Shown here piece after piece: positions 25,623 through 39,529 of a DNA stretch of 64,000 nt. Both the position numbers and the translations under genes were made by a program. Each line of letters begins with the position of its first letter. The stretch's first letter is position 1. Below the pieces are notes generated by a model, which was not told the origin of the DNA, ran no database searches, and saw nothing but the letters and a program-made list of their open reading frames with translations. Source of the stretch: Phoronis australis (taxonomy: Eukaryota; Animalia; Phoronida). The stretch covers positions 430,800 through 494,799 of the forward strand of contig NMRA01000339.1 in NCBI GenBank assembly GCA_002633005.1, given 5' to 3'.

Positions 25623-27638
25623 TGTTCTGAGAAGTAGCCTTACTGTTACTTGCAGTAATTACCTACATGTATGCCCGTGAAATAAAATTTAAAAAACATG
25701 AAAAGTTTTCCCCAATCCCGTACCTTTTGTTGTTGACAGCGTACAGTGTATAATTGCCAATTGCTACGCTCTAATAGGCAGACTGTCCCACTTTTTGATT
25801 TTTTCGCCCTTCCGCCACATCATCAAAATGTCTCGCATTTGACACGCAGCCAAACTGACATAAATATTTTCATATACTATTGTAATTTCCCACGCCACAT
25901 AGCCATAATTTCCCGGTCGACCAAAAAGAAAAAAAACGGGACGTTTCAGGGGATTTTGCGGCACCTACAATTTTCCATTCAGTTATGACAAACAACAAAA
26001 AACTCAGTCGCACATTTTTGGGGGTTGCATCTCCCATTCGACCAAAAAACGCTGTCGGTACGTCTGTGTGTTGCAGCAAACATTTCACTCTTACGTTTTG
26101 GCTTGGACCCAGATGCTTTTTATCCTTAAGCAACGGTCCCGCTTTTCAATCGAATTGTTCCGTTTTTTGTCCACAATGTTGACCATGACAACTACTGTAC
26201 GCAACAGGTGTTCAAATAAACATTGTCTCTTTTTATGGATATCATTCTGCAGAGTACACGTTTTTTTAGTAATATGACAATCACAAAAATGTGTTCCAAT
26301 GTCTCTTGTTAACGGTAACATACAGTACTGCAATTTCCATCATTTTCGGGATTGTCCTTGTTCCTGACAACAACCTACAGTACAAGCCGAAAGAAAACGC
26401 AAGTTAAAGCAAACTGACTTATCGTGGGCTAAATAGGAGGTTTTTGTAATGTGTAGATTTGCATCCCTTGGTTTCGTGTTCTTTGTTAGCTTTCCGTTTG
26501 GAAGAAAGATTTAATATTGATGCGCTAGTTTAGGTCGCCAAAACTGCTGAAAATCTCAGACACCTAATTGAATTCTGAGGTTTCCTATAGGGCGTAAAAG
26601 TTCATCGGCCAAAAATAAATAAGGCCGTACGGCTACAGCTCTCTTCCGCTCTCCCGATTTCCCCTGTTAATGCCTAGTATTCAGGCATACCTTAAACTAG
26701 CTTAATTCCTCCTACCGATCTACGCATGCGCTGATGGCGCAAATTTCTCCTGTCTTGCCAAAACACAGATTTTCACTTCTTGTTGTAATTTAAACGGTGT
26801 GGCAAATGCCCCGAAATCACGAAATAAACGGAACAATTGTGAATCAAAGGTAATGAATGAAGGAAAACTGTTAGGTATAATAATCAAAGATTTCTAACTC
26901 AACACGAAGAGGGTATTGATGTCTGACTTTGTTACTAGCAGTGGCGTCTTCGTGGCTATTTGGAATTATCCCCGGGTCGCCAAACACAATCTGGGGTCGC
27001 CGGACTGGCGACGGTCGGCATTTCGAGCGCAGGACATGACTGCCATAAAACCCGAACAAGTCATGTACAGTTGCGGGTCGTGACCCAGTTGGAGGTGTTG
27101 AAACTTTAACCTGGTATGGTCTAGAAATTATAATAATCGTATGTATTTACACAGGGATTATAAAATAGTGAGGTAAGCACTATATTCTGAAAACAAGGGT
27201 TGGTATGGTAATGACCAATGACCAATTGCCTCCCACAAACTTCCAACCGAGGTAGAGGAAATTCTGTTGGCACTTTATCCCCTCTGGAATAAACTGACTT
27301 GCAATGTGCACGCCTGCCTCGTTCATATCATGGACTTAAATTTTTATGTAGGTAACGACCAAATGACTGAGCTAAGTCAATTTATTAGGCAATGGTAGCA
27401 TGTCTGAGCACTGCTCAGAAAATAACATATATGCTATCGAATGTCAGTTAATCGACGTTGGCCTACCTTTTCCTCAAATTAACCTGAAACTGATATCAAA
27501 AACAAATGATAATGTCGAATGACCCTAGTGCTCACTAGCACGCGACTATATCACGTGGCCAGTCGATTTCGCAACACGTCCACTCCGTCATGTAGTACAC
27601 TGCTGCAGAGTTCACATTGTTACAGAGATAAGAAAGTT

Positions 27639-28739
27639 TTCTTTTCATATTTTTAGTTTGCTCCAGCATGATAATTACATGTCACATTAAACAATAAAGT
27701 ATACATCGTTTACAAAGAATAACATTAAATCATTAGTGAACAAGTACCGTATTTCCTTCAGGATGTAATTTAAGTTAAAGAACAATTGGAAATTGAGGTA
27801 TTTTTAACAAAGCTAAATATGTAATTTTTTGCAAACATGATCAACAGACTAATATTACAATGTTTCCCAAAAACCCAAAAAACACTCCTATCTTGTCCAC
27901 ATGAAAATTTACATATGTTTGTTTTACCCATTCAGAAAACAGGAGACAAAAACCGGAAACAAGACGACATTCCCAAAAGAGTTGGAGAAAAGTTTCACTG
28001 TGTTCACCAGAGAAAGAGCATAGATCACTACTTTTTATTTTAATTTTATGTAAATAATTATTAGTTGGTAATATTCTGTGAATTAAGCGGTATTGAAACC
28101 AACGCAATTCTGTATCTTTTGTACAGTTGAAGGGGAGTTTATTTACTTTTCTCCACCATGTATCAGAGTCACTAAAATTTACATTACATGTATTTATAAC
28201 ACCGTTTATATCTATCTCAGATGACCACTTGTTTTTATATTTACAAGCTGTCTGAAGTGACTATACTAAGGTGTCATAAGTATTTACCCCTTGTGATTTA
28301 TTATGTAATATTTTTATAAATGTAACTTAGAAAAATTGGTAAAAAGATATTGTCTTGTCTATTCTTAAGACCCCTGTGCGCTGCAAAAGTTTCACTTCTT
28401 AATCCGTAGTATTGGAGGTTGAAATTATAACTATTACAGTGTTGTTCGTATTACATAAAAGAACCTTCAGCATTAAATAAATCACACACACGATAGATTC
28501 CCCTTTCATACCAGGACTTGTAGAAAATAGATTTTCTACCAACTTTAATCTTTGAATTATACCACAGGGGAGAGTAAATAATATTTTAATTTTTGTATTT
28601 GAAACAGGAGCACAACACCGCTTAAAACTTCCTTCCAGAACAGATTGTCGGTTCCTTCAGCTGTTTTTATAAGGAAAGCGTCTTCCATTTTAAAAAAAAT
28701 TATCAACTTTGCAACCCAAAACTGCCTCTGCAAGATCAC
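27639..28739 (-). mobile_element. 5'-truncated L1/Tx1-clade LINE, same family as 19319-19961
   Basis: ORF 27841..28107 is zf-RVT. 12-bp TSD gataagaaagtt (27627-27638, 28740-28751). Empty site in the paralog at ~32078-32100. Confidence 0.88.
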
Positions 28740-29726
28740 GATAAGAAAGTTGTTTCACTTGGCCAAGCACCGGCATTGAAATAGGATTCCGTTCGGCTCA
28801 AAATTAACCCGCATTTTATAGTCTTTGATATCGGGGTGGAGAACTTAAATTAAGGTTCCTAAGTGCAAAAAATGCATGTTTAATGTAATTTATTTTATAA
28901 AAAAGTCTTTTTCACAAATCACATCTTTTTTATGTTTTTTTGCATTTTTGTAACAAAGTGTTTTACCTGTGAGATAAACATGTAAATACAGCGTATTATT
29001 AATAGCTCATTGGGTAAAGGCCTCTCGTCTGCGATCTCGGCTTTCAGAAGTTCATAATAAAAGCTTACTGCCGTGTCGAGTTGACTATCAGTGGAACGAT
29101 GCCTCTCAGCATCATTCAGGCGGGGTCCTGGCCGTGTACGTAGAGGTAGTAGCAGTTATTATTTCTTTCTTCTGCTCATAGAACTCTAGCCCTGGAATGC
29201 CAACTCCAGCACGGAACCTGCATGTATTCTATTGGAGCTTACGACCCCGAGATTAGCCATGAGAGTTAGCACTGAGAATTTTCCGCGGCTGCCTGGACTT
29301 TTGTTCGAGAGTTGATAACTACGGTAGTTATCAAATCAAGGCTAATTCCATTGCTTCCATTTAATGTTCACCAAGCGAGATTTTTGAGGTACATTTCCAT
29401 ACAATCAGGGGTTTCTCGGAAAAATTTGTCAACAAACCCGATGTCATAGACCAAGTAGGCCACCATACCAAGTTAACTTGGTCGGCTTACCTCGCAGACC
29501 AAGTAAACTCCTCCGACCGAGTGGCAGTGTGCCGTTGATATCAGAATGTTTGCCACAGTGTTATAATGAACGGTTCTACCAAACACGGCTTTTCTAAGTC
29601 ACGTAGATATCATTCTCATGGGCTTGTTATCATTTTAGGACCTCATGTGGCGCTGAAATAACTCTCAGTTGCCGACAAAGTTCTTCATTTTAATCCTTTG
29701 AACAAGACGAAAGTAGAGTAAGCGAC

Positions 29727-32700
29727 TGAGCCATGCAGCCATCGGTAACTGTTGTTGTAACGAGAATTCTGATTGGATTTTGCTTTGGCCGACTTGGACA
29801 TAGTAGTTCACTTGATCACTATATTGGGAAGGGTATTTTTAAAGTTGACGGTCTACATGTACATGTTGTACATGAAAGTAATCCTACTCAAACTCCCTCA
29901 CCGGTCAAAGCCTCCTGCCAAATAAACAATTCAGCTTCAGCTGAAGTACTTGTTCTTTAGAGATTATCAGACGCGAAATTACCCATCATCAGCGTGGTTG
30001 TAAACATAGGAGGCTACAATAAAACTTTTCAAATTATCAATTTGAAAGCTTTTTAATAGCATATTCGAATAGTTCGTGAAAAGCACCCATTGCTCCGATT
30101 TTGAAATTTAAAAATCAGATAAGAAAAGTGTGACTTTTATAACACAAAATTAGAAAGCAGGCCACAATCAGTATTCTGCTTCTGGACACGCAACAGAGTG
30201 GGCCAATTTACAAGGGTCATAAATGTGCCATTTTACTGCAGCGGTAATTTTTGTTCCTTTGCAACGCACTCATGTCTTCAGACCGGTGCTACTAATCCCA
30301 ATGCCATTGGGTTTCATCAACCACCTTGAATATTGAATTTGGTAAACTCAACCAAAGAATTCAAGTGTGTTTTCCTCTCCAGTGGATGGGAGAGTACGGC
30401 CTGTTAAAGCCAATGTATTTCGAAAGACAGTAGGCCTACTGCCATTTCCATCATGTTCAGGATTATCTTTGTTCCTGAGAACCACCTATAAGCCGAAAGG
30501 GAAGAGGAAAAATGATTTATCGTGGACTAAACGGGGTGATTTTTTCAACCGGTTGGTTTTTGATATGAATTCCTCTTAAAACATTAAATCAGGATTATTT
30601 GCGACCCGAAGAAATGCAATAAGATTAGACAAAACAAATGCGTTAGATTTCTGTTCTCTGGTACCTGTTAACGAATTGTTCATTCCGGATAGCAGAGCAC
30701 GAGAACGCTTATAAGAATGGATTGACATGTACATGTACATTGTAGACTCAGTAGCTTCGATTAAGAAACCGATGTCGTCTACAGTTATAAAGGGAGTTTT
30801 TGTAACGTGGCAGCTGGTTTCGTGTTGTCTGTTAGCTTTTCGTTTTGAAGAAAACATTTAGAGAATGTCTCAAGGCAACAGCAACGAAAAACTTGCCTCA
30901 CATTCACATCGCTCAGCAATTTAACTAAACGCCAAGCAGCGAAAACTGCTGAAAATATCGGACTAATAAATGAATTCCTACGTTTCCTAACCGGTGTATC
31001 AGTTCGTTGATAAAAAAATACAAATGGTCGCAGGGCTGTAGCACAGCCACTCGTTTCCACTTCCCCGACCNAATGCCTATGTACATGTAGATGTAACTTC
31101 ATTCTCTAATTCAATTCCTCCTACCGACTTACTCATGACCTGGTGGCACGAATTTCGCCGATCTTGCCCGAACACCGATTCCCAATACTGCCTGTTTACT
31201 TCTTGTTGTAATTTAAACGTGTTGGCAAATGCCCCGAAATCACGAAATAAACGGAACAATTGCGAAGCAAAGGCAATAAACGTAGAAAAACTGTTAGTTA
31301 TTTAATATTTGGAAGTGAAACAAACTTTGAAACAATTAAATTTACAGGAGATTAATGTCTAACATTGATACTCGCAGTGGCGACTTCGTGGCTACTTGGA
31401 ATTTTCCCCTTTTCAAAAAACACAAGCTCAGGTCAATTGCCGGGAGACCTGTAGGTATCCAACTCGAGCGCTAAAGATGATCTGCCATGAAATCAGATCA
31501 AATTTATAAGTCATGTATAGTTGCGTGTCGTGACCCAGTTGGAGGTGTTGAAGCGTTAACCTAGTATGCTCTAGAAATTATAATAGGTCTAGTCTTATTT
31601 ACACAAGGGTAATAAAATAGTAAGGTATGTACATATCCTGAAAACAAGGGTTGGTATTGTAATGACTAATTGCCTTCCCCAAACTTCCAACCGAGGTAGA
31701 TGAAATTCTGTTGGCACTTTATCCGCCAGGAATGAACTGACTTGCAAGGTGCACGTCTGCCTCTTTCTATAATTGACTTACATGTGTATTTTTAGGTAGG
31801 TTACGACCGATTGACCTAGCTGATCAGTCATTTCAATAGACAACGGTAGCTTATATGAGCACCACACAAAAAATAACATTATATGTACTATCGAATGTCG
31901 GTGAGTCGACGTTGACTTACCTTTTCCACGAAGTCCCCTGAAAATGATATCAAGAAGAAATGATTATGTCGAATGGCTCTAGTGCTCACTAAACGCGACT
32001 CTCTCATGTGGCCAATCGATTTCGCAATACGTCTACCCCGTAGTACACAGTTTTGAAATCCCCTTTGTCCCGGAGTGGGTAAGAAAGTTGCTTCACTAGG
32101 CCAAGAACCAGGATTGAAAAGGCAACTGACTTCTAGAAATGAGATTCCTTTCCGCTCAAAATTAACTAGCATATTATTGTCTTTGATGTCGGGGTGAAGA
32201 ATCTAAACTGCGTTTCTGAAGTACAAAACATGCATGTTTAATACAATTTAGTTTATGAACAAAGCTGTATACTAAATACACCGCTTTGAGCCGATATTGG
32301 TAAAAAATGATCAGATAAAAACTACACACGTCCTTGAGTAAACTAAATTAATTAGCAGTTTTGGAAAATTGGCATTCTGCCATTATTCTGCTGCTACAAT
32401 TTTGGTGCTATCTTTTGCGTCGGCTTTCGGCGCCATGAAATATTGCAGCACCTATTGGCTAGTTTCTTTTTTCGCTGATTCTTCCGGCAATCAACTGCTT
32501 TCTTTCACGAGGTTGCGTACACGTCACAACAATTTATCGGAACTGGTCGTCATACAGTTAGCTGGTTGACAATAGGCCCGAGATGCACCAACGTCACAGG
32601 GAAGAAAAACGAAAAGGTTGCGAGTGTGCACAAAATACACAGGTTCATTTGTTTACTGGAACTCTAGCTTGCACGGCCATTAGCCTATATCTCTTTGCGC

Positions 32701-35700
32701 TGTGCAACCTCAGTGTGGTCACATAAAACAACGCTTGTAAGGTGGCTTTACGGAAACTAATAAAATTTTATTTTTCAAAGTAACAAAAAAATCTGTGTAC
32801 TATTAAGAAAATGTGAATGTCAGAAACCAACCGTTATACTTTCAAAATTCTGATCAGGTCTCTTGATGACGCGGCGAAGTACTTAAAATAACGCACCATC
32901 GGATGGTTTCCAACTTTTTTTAACTTTTCAGACAAGTNTGAGCCATGCAGCCATCGGTAACTGTTGTTGTAACGAGAATTCTGATTAGATTTTGCTTTGG
33001 CCGACTTGGACATAGTAGTTCACTTGATCACTATATTGGGAAGGGTATTTTTAAAGTTGACGGTCTACATGTACATGTACATGAAAGTAATCCTACTCAA
33101 ACTCCCTCGCCGGTCAAATCCTCCTGCCAAATAAACAATTCAGCTTCAGCTGAAGTACTTAATTGCCCATCGTCAACGTGGTTGTAAACATAGGAGGCTA
33201 CAATAAAACTTTTCAAATTATCAATTTGAAAGCTTTTTAATAGCATATTCGAATAGTTCGTGAAAGGCACCCATTGTTCGGATTTTGAAACTTAAAAATC
33301 AGATAAGAAAAGTGTGACTTTTATAACACAAAATTAGAAAGCAGGCCACAATCAGTATTTTGCTTCTGGACACGAAACAGAATGGGCCAATTTACAAGGG
33401 TCATAAATGTGCCATTTTACTGCAGCGGTAATTTTTGTTCCTTTGAAACGCACTCATGTCTTGAGACCGGTGCTACTAATCCCAATGTCATTGGGATTCA
33501 TCAACCACCTTGAATATTGAATTTGGTAAACTCAACCAAAGAATTCAAGTGTGTTTTCCTCTCCAGTGGATGGGAGAGTACGGCCTGTTAAAGCCAATGT
33601 ATTTCGAAAGACAGTACTGCCATTTCCATCATGTTCAGGATTATCTTTGTTCCTGAGAACCACCTATAAACCGAAAGGGAAGAGGCAAACTGATTTATCG
33701 TGGACTAAACGTGGTGATTTTTTCAACCGTTTGGTTTTTGATATGAATTCCTCTTAAAACGTTAAATTAGAATTGCAATAAAAATTAGACAAAACAAATG
33801 CGTTACATTTCTGTTCTCTGGTACCTGTTAACGAATTGTTCATTCCGGATAGCAGAGCACGGGAACGCTTATAAGAATGGATTGACATGTAGACTCAGTA
33901 GCTTCGATTAAGAAACCGATGTCGTCTACAGTTGAAACCAAAGGGAGTTTTTGTAACGTGGCAGCTGGTTTCGTGTTGTCTGTTAGCTTTCCGTTTGGAA
34001 GAAAAGATTTAGAGAATGACTCACGGCAACAGCAACGAAAAACTTGCCTCACATTCACAGCGCTCAATACTTTAACTAAACGCCAAGTAGCAAAAACTGC
34101 TGAAAATATCGGACTCCTAAATGAATTCCTACGTTTCCTAACCGGTGTATCAGTTCGTTGATCAAAAAATAAAAAAATGGTCGCAGGGCTGTAGCACAGT
34201 CACTCGTTTCCACTTCCCCGACCCCCCGCCCCTAAATGCCTATGTAGACGTACCTTCATTCTCTAACTCAATTCCTCCTACCGACTTACGCATGACCTGG
34301 TGGCACGAATTTCGCCGATCTTGCCCGAACACCGATTCCCAATACTGCCTGTTTACTTCTTGTTGTAATTTAAATGTGTTGGCAAATGCCCCGAAATCAC
34401 GAAATGAACGGAACAATTTCGAATCAAAGGCAGTAAACGTAGAAAAACTGTTAGTTATTTAATATTTGGAAGTGAAACAAACTTTGAAACAATTAAATTT
34501 AGAGGGGATTAATGTCTAACATTGATACTCGGAGTGACGACTTCGTGGCTACTTGGAATTTTCCCCAGTTCAAAAAACACAAGCTCAGGTCAATTGGAGA
34601 CCTGTAGGTATCCAACGCGAGCGCTAAAGATGATCTGCCATGAAATCAGAACAAATTTATAAGTCATGTATAGTTGCGTGTCGTGACCCAGTTGGAGGTG
34701 TTGAAGCGTTAACCTGGTATGCTCTAGAAATTATAATAGGTCTAGTCTTATTTACACAAGGGTAATAAAATAGTAAGGTATGTACACATCCTGAAAACAA
34801 GGGTTGGTATTGTAATGACTAATTGCCTTCCCCAAACTTCCAACCGAGGTAGATGAAATTCTGTTGGCACTTTATCCGCCAGGAATGAACTGACTTGCAA
34901 GGTGCACGTCTGCCTCTTTTTATAATTGACTTACATGTGCATTTTTAGGTAGGTTACGACCGATTGACCTAGCTGATCAGTCATTTCAATAGACAACGGT
35001 GGCTTACATGTATATGAGCACCACACAGAAAATAACATTATATGTACTATCGAATGTCGGTTAGTCGACGTTGGCTTGCCTTTTCCACGAAGTCCTCTGA
35101 AAATGATATCAAGAACAAATGATTATGTCGAATGGCTCTAGTGCTCACTAAACGCGACTCTCTCATGTGGCCAATCGATTTCGCAATACGTCTACCCCGT
35201 AGTACACAGTTTTAGAAATCCCCTTTGTCCCGGAGCGGGTAAGAAAGTTGCTTCACTAGGCCAAGAACCAGGATTGAAAAGGCAACTGACTTCTAGAAAT
35301 GAGATTCCGTTCCGCTCAAAATTAACTAGCATATTATTGTCTTTGATTTCGGGGTGAAGAATCTAAACTGCGTTCCTGAAGTACAAAACATGCATGTTTA
35401 ATACAATTTAGTTTATGAACAAAGCTGTATACTAAATACACCGCTTTGCGCCGATATTGGTAAAAAATGATCAGATAAAAACTACACACGTCCTTGAGTA
35501 AACTAAATTAATTAGCAGTTTTGGAAAATTGGCATTCTGCCATTATTCTGCTGCTACAATTTTGGTGCGTCGGCTTTCGGCGCCATGAAATATTGCAGCA
35601 CCTATTGGCTAGTTTCTTTTTTTGCTGATTCTTCCGGCAATCAACTGCTTTCTTTCACGAGGTTGCGTACACGTCACAACAATTTATCGGAACTGGTCGT

Positions 35701-36087
35701 CATACAGTTAGCTGGTTGACAATAGGCCCGAGATGCACCAACGTCACAGGGAAGAAAAACGAAAAGGTTGCGAGTGTGCACAAAATACACAGGTTCATTT
35801 GTTTACTGGAACTCTAGCTTGCACGGCCATTAGCCTATATCTCTTTGCGCTGTGCAACCTCAGTGTGGTCACATAAAACAACGCTTGTAAGGTGGCTTTA
35901 CGGAAACTAATAAAATTTTATTTTTCAAAGTAACAAAAAAATCTGTGTACTATTAAGAAAATGTGAATGTCAGAAACCAACCGTTATACTTTCAAAATTC
36001 TGATCAGGTCTCTTGATGACGCGGCGAAGTACTTAAAATAACGCACCATCGGATGGTTTCCAACTTTTTTTAACTTTTCAGACAAGT
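29727..36087. repeat. Head-to-tail duplication 29727-32937 / 32939-36087 joined by a single N (probably two haplotypes assembled in tandem)
   Basis: Both units start tgagccatgcagccatcgg and end ttttcagacaagt. They differ by a few percent and by small indels. The N lies exactly at the junction (32938). Confidence 0.9.
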
Positions 36088-37683
36088 TTTAAACCAACAA
36101 CATTTGCACACAAGTGGACGAAAAAGGAGGCACTGTTCACCCCAAAATATCAAGTGGATTCCTGAGCACATCAAAGGCGTAATGGCGCCGTCATAGATTG
36201 AAGTCAGATAGTCGCTTATGGGCTTGGCCGAATATGTATTGGTATTAGCCGTCATCTAACTTTTAAAATCGATGCATCATAATAGAAATTAACGAATAGG
36301 TTTTCTTCAGGTACACCTATTAATCTGTGACTAGATTTGGACAGGTAAGTCACATTCTTACTTAAATTGGCCTGGGCTCAAAACCTGTAAGTGTTCATAT
36401 TAGCGTCGGTACTAGGAGTTGCCTCGCGTTCCCGTTAGAGTTGCATCCCGCAGTATAGTAGTAATACTTCGTTGGCAGTGGAAGAGCAGCGCAGCCACCA
36501 ATACGACAACAACAAGGAAAAAGAGTTAAGCCAAGAACGGCGCTGGAAAGTATAGTATCTAAAGAAGCAATTCTTGGCGACTTTTCACTCTAAGCACAAT
36601 GGATGATGACTAATGCTGCAGTTGGTTGACTTTATGTAATATGTTTCGACCATTAAATGCTTCGACCCCGATATCGGCTAATTAGCAGAGAGTGTTTGAA
36701 GGTGTACTAATTAATTTAACGGCTGGTCGACCGTTGGGTTTGTTTTTAAAAGTACTTTGATAACAGAATTAGTGATTGTAAGCACTTTAAGTTGTTGCCA
36801 CTGCATGTACATGTGTAGGATCTTATTGACAAGCCTACACCTGTATGCTGAGGGTGTGGATAATGAAGTGCGCGTTACTTTTTCTGAAAATTGCCAGCAA
36901 TATGTGCGGACTGATCCTAAATCGAGCAGACTTCGGTTGATCAGAGAGGCAGAGATCCGAGGGATAAAAGCTTACTTCATGAACTATCAGGTGCTGATGG
37001 CATAAATATATTATGAACCGCTGTTTTGCCCGGTACTCGCTACTTAGACGTGCATTTCATGGATGAATGTGGAAATATAAAAATCGGCTTGTTTACTCCA
37101 CCTAGTATTCCACCACCATTTGCAACCACTACGCATGCTCAACTCGAAACCGTAGACGATGCCACTGAGCGTGCCCGATCGTCTGATTCAAACAGGAATC
37201 ATAGCATGGTTCCGGCCTTGAACAATTCCACCGGACAAATGAAGTTACTAGCACACTTACAGAATACTTATACAGCGTCTTTTCCCTGAATAGCATAGTT
37301 TTTGTAAAATTCAACTGCAATTGACATCGCGTCGCCATTTTTGTTTACGACATATTCATTTACGAAGTACTTTTCCCATGTAGATGTAGTCAAAAAGACA
37401 TGCCCCAAAAACTTTCATAAGTGTTTGCGTTCTTAAAAGATAGTCCCACACAGCTCGAGGGTATTCACCTTGTACATGTATATTGTGATCAACTGAAAAA
37501 ACGTACCAGACCATATATGCTTAATACACAAAGACAGTCTTCTTCTGGGCTTGGTGACAGCGTGTCACAACTCGGTCTAAATCAATGCTTTTGTCCTTGT
37601 GAATGTATGTGTAACAGTGATAGTGATGATCCAGAAGACAACTGACCGTCAATCATCTTGATTCTCAGAGGGTGGGTTAAGTA

Positions 37684-38644
37684 TAGGCAAAGACCATCGC
37701 CTCTGTTGGCTCGACCAGAGGCGATGCAGCTCCTACAGGCGCTCCATACGCCGGTTGCTTTTCGGCGAATTATGCCTCGCACCGACTAAAACATCAAAGT
37801 CACGTTGTTACACTTACCTTTTGCGTATAGAGAAACACCTTTGAAGGTTGTCGTTGTGTTTAATTCCTTCCAACTCGAACAAATACTCCCCGTCATCAAA
37901 CTTTTTCTTCGAGCAGTCCCTATTTCAGTTCCCAAAATCGTGAACTCACCATTTTTATTCTGCGCACGCTCCAATTTTTACGGCGCTCGCTAGGTGATGT
38001 GACTTCATGACCTCAATCTTTAAATAGGCCAAAGGTGAGCCATTGCGGTCTTGTCAGTCAAATGTTCGTTTCCAAAATGCCACCACTACTTGTCTTTAAT
38101 TGGCGTTACTTGAAACTGATTGTATTTCAATGAATTATTGTTTGCATTTGATAAAAATAAATGTTGTTTATATGACATTTAATAGTCTTTGTGCACCGTT
38201 GACATATATGACATTTTAATGTTTAACAACACGGCAGATGCACGGCTGGTTCCCGGCAGCACGTACGCAGAGGTCGGGGACTTCAGCTTTCAAAGTTCGC
38301 CGGTAGGACCGCAACTTCTGACTTTCGGCCTGGTTAAAAGAATGAGGTCATATCTCTTGGCGTGCGCTGAGTGAAAATGGTGAGTTCACGATTTTGGGAA
38401 TTGAAATAGGGACTGCTCGAAGAAAAAGTTTGATAACGGGAGTATTTGTTCGAGTTGGAAGGAATTAAACACATCGACAACCTCCTAAGGTGTTCCTCTA
38501 TGCACAACATGTATTTATAATAACGTGACTTTGATGTTTTAGTCGGTGCGAGGCATAATTCGCCGAAAAGCTTCCGGAGTATGGAGCGCCTCTAGGAGCT
38601 GCATCGCCTCTGGTCGGGCCAACAGAGGCGATGGTCTTTGCCTA
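37684..38644. mobile_element. Non-autonomous long-TIR DNA transposon, 961 bp (AcademH-like or MULE-like)
   Basis: ~285-bp TIRs TAGGCAAAGACCATCGCCTCTG..., 9-bp TSD ggttaagta (37675-37683, 38645-38653). An empty site is preserved in the adjacent tandem unit at ~38705-38737. Confidence 0.88.
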
Positions 38645-39529
38645 GGTTAAGTATTAACAGAAAACTCTGAACAGTGATAGTGATGACCGTCAGTCATCCT
38701 GTTTCTCAGAGTGTGGGTTAAGTATTAACAGAAAACTTTGAAATATTAACTTACAATTAAAAACTCCCGTTTCATTTTGTCTACGACAGACGTGCATACA
38801 GGTAGTTACCGATATGATAGTTACTGGTGTCTCACAGTTTTGAACACCCTGTGCTCACACATAGTGCAATGCAAGAAACTTGAAGAAGCATGAACGATTC
38901 AATTTTGACAGACTACATTGGCGATAGGAACACCTGGCGAAGAAGTTCTTATTTTCAGTGTGCTGTTCGCGCATTTCTACCTAAAGGATTAATTTAATAC
39001 TTTGGTTACACTCATTACAATTCTATAACCATGCTTTATATCCTGTTTCTGCAACACAATCGGTATCAATAACAGAATAAATTCATGGCGTTTTCAGAAG
39101 ACTCTTTTAAACGTGCTTATATTTTGAGATTGTGCTATGAAACATCGTTTGTTTCCATAACCGTTTTACCGCAGTTCACAGTAACTTATTACCGCAGCTC
39201 GTACTGATTTTGTTGTGCAAGGAACACTGTCCATCCTTTGTCAAAAACAAACAAAACTGAACAGTGCGAAATGAACAGAGCCTTGCCAAGATGTACGTTT
39301 CTAAAGGAAAGATAAAATTACTGTGAAGAAGACCCTGGTGAGGAAAATGATCTATCAAACTATGTAACAAAGTATCACTGGACGTTGTTCTGTCAAAGGC
39401 CGGCAGCATGTAACGCGTGAAGAACTGTACTTTCCGAAAAAAGGGATTTGAAGACCCGCGAAAAGTACGTGCATGCTTGTCACATCTACGTATTGATGAC
39501 AAAATTATTTTCAGTCACGTGTGTCTTTT

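Noticed and set aside
25393-25680. Cys/Val-rich 95-aa ORF
   Set aside because: Translation of the (GT)n microsatellite.
29733-34462. Duplicated short ORFs (MQPSVTVVV..., MFSSPVDGR...)
   Set aside because: They recur only because of the 3.2-kb duplication, and more diverged paralogs do not keep the frames.
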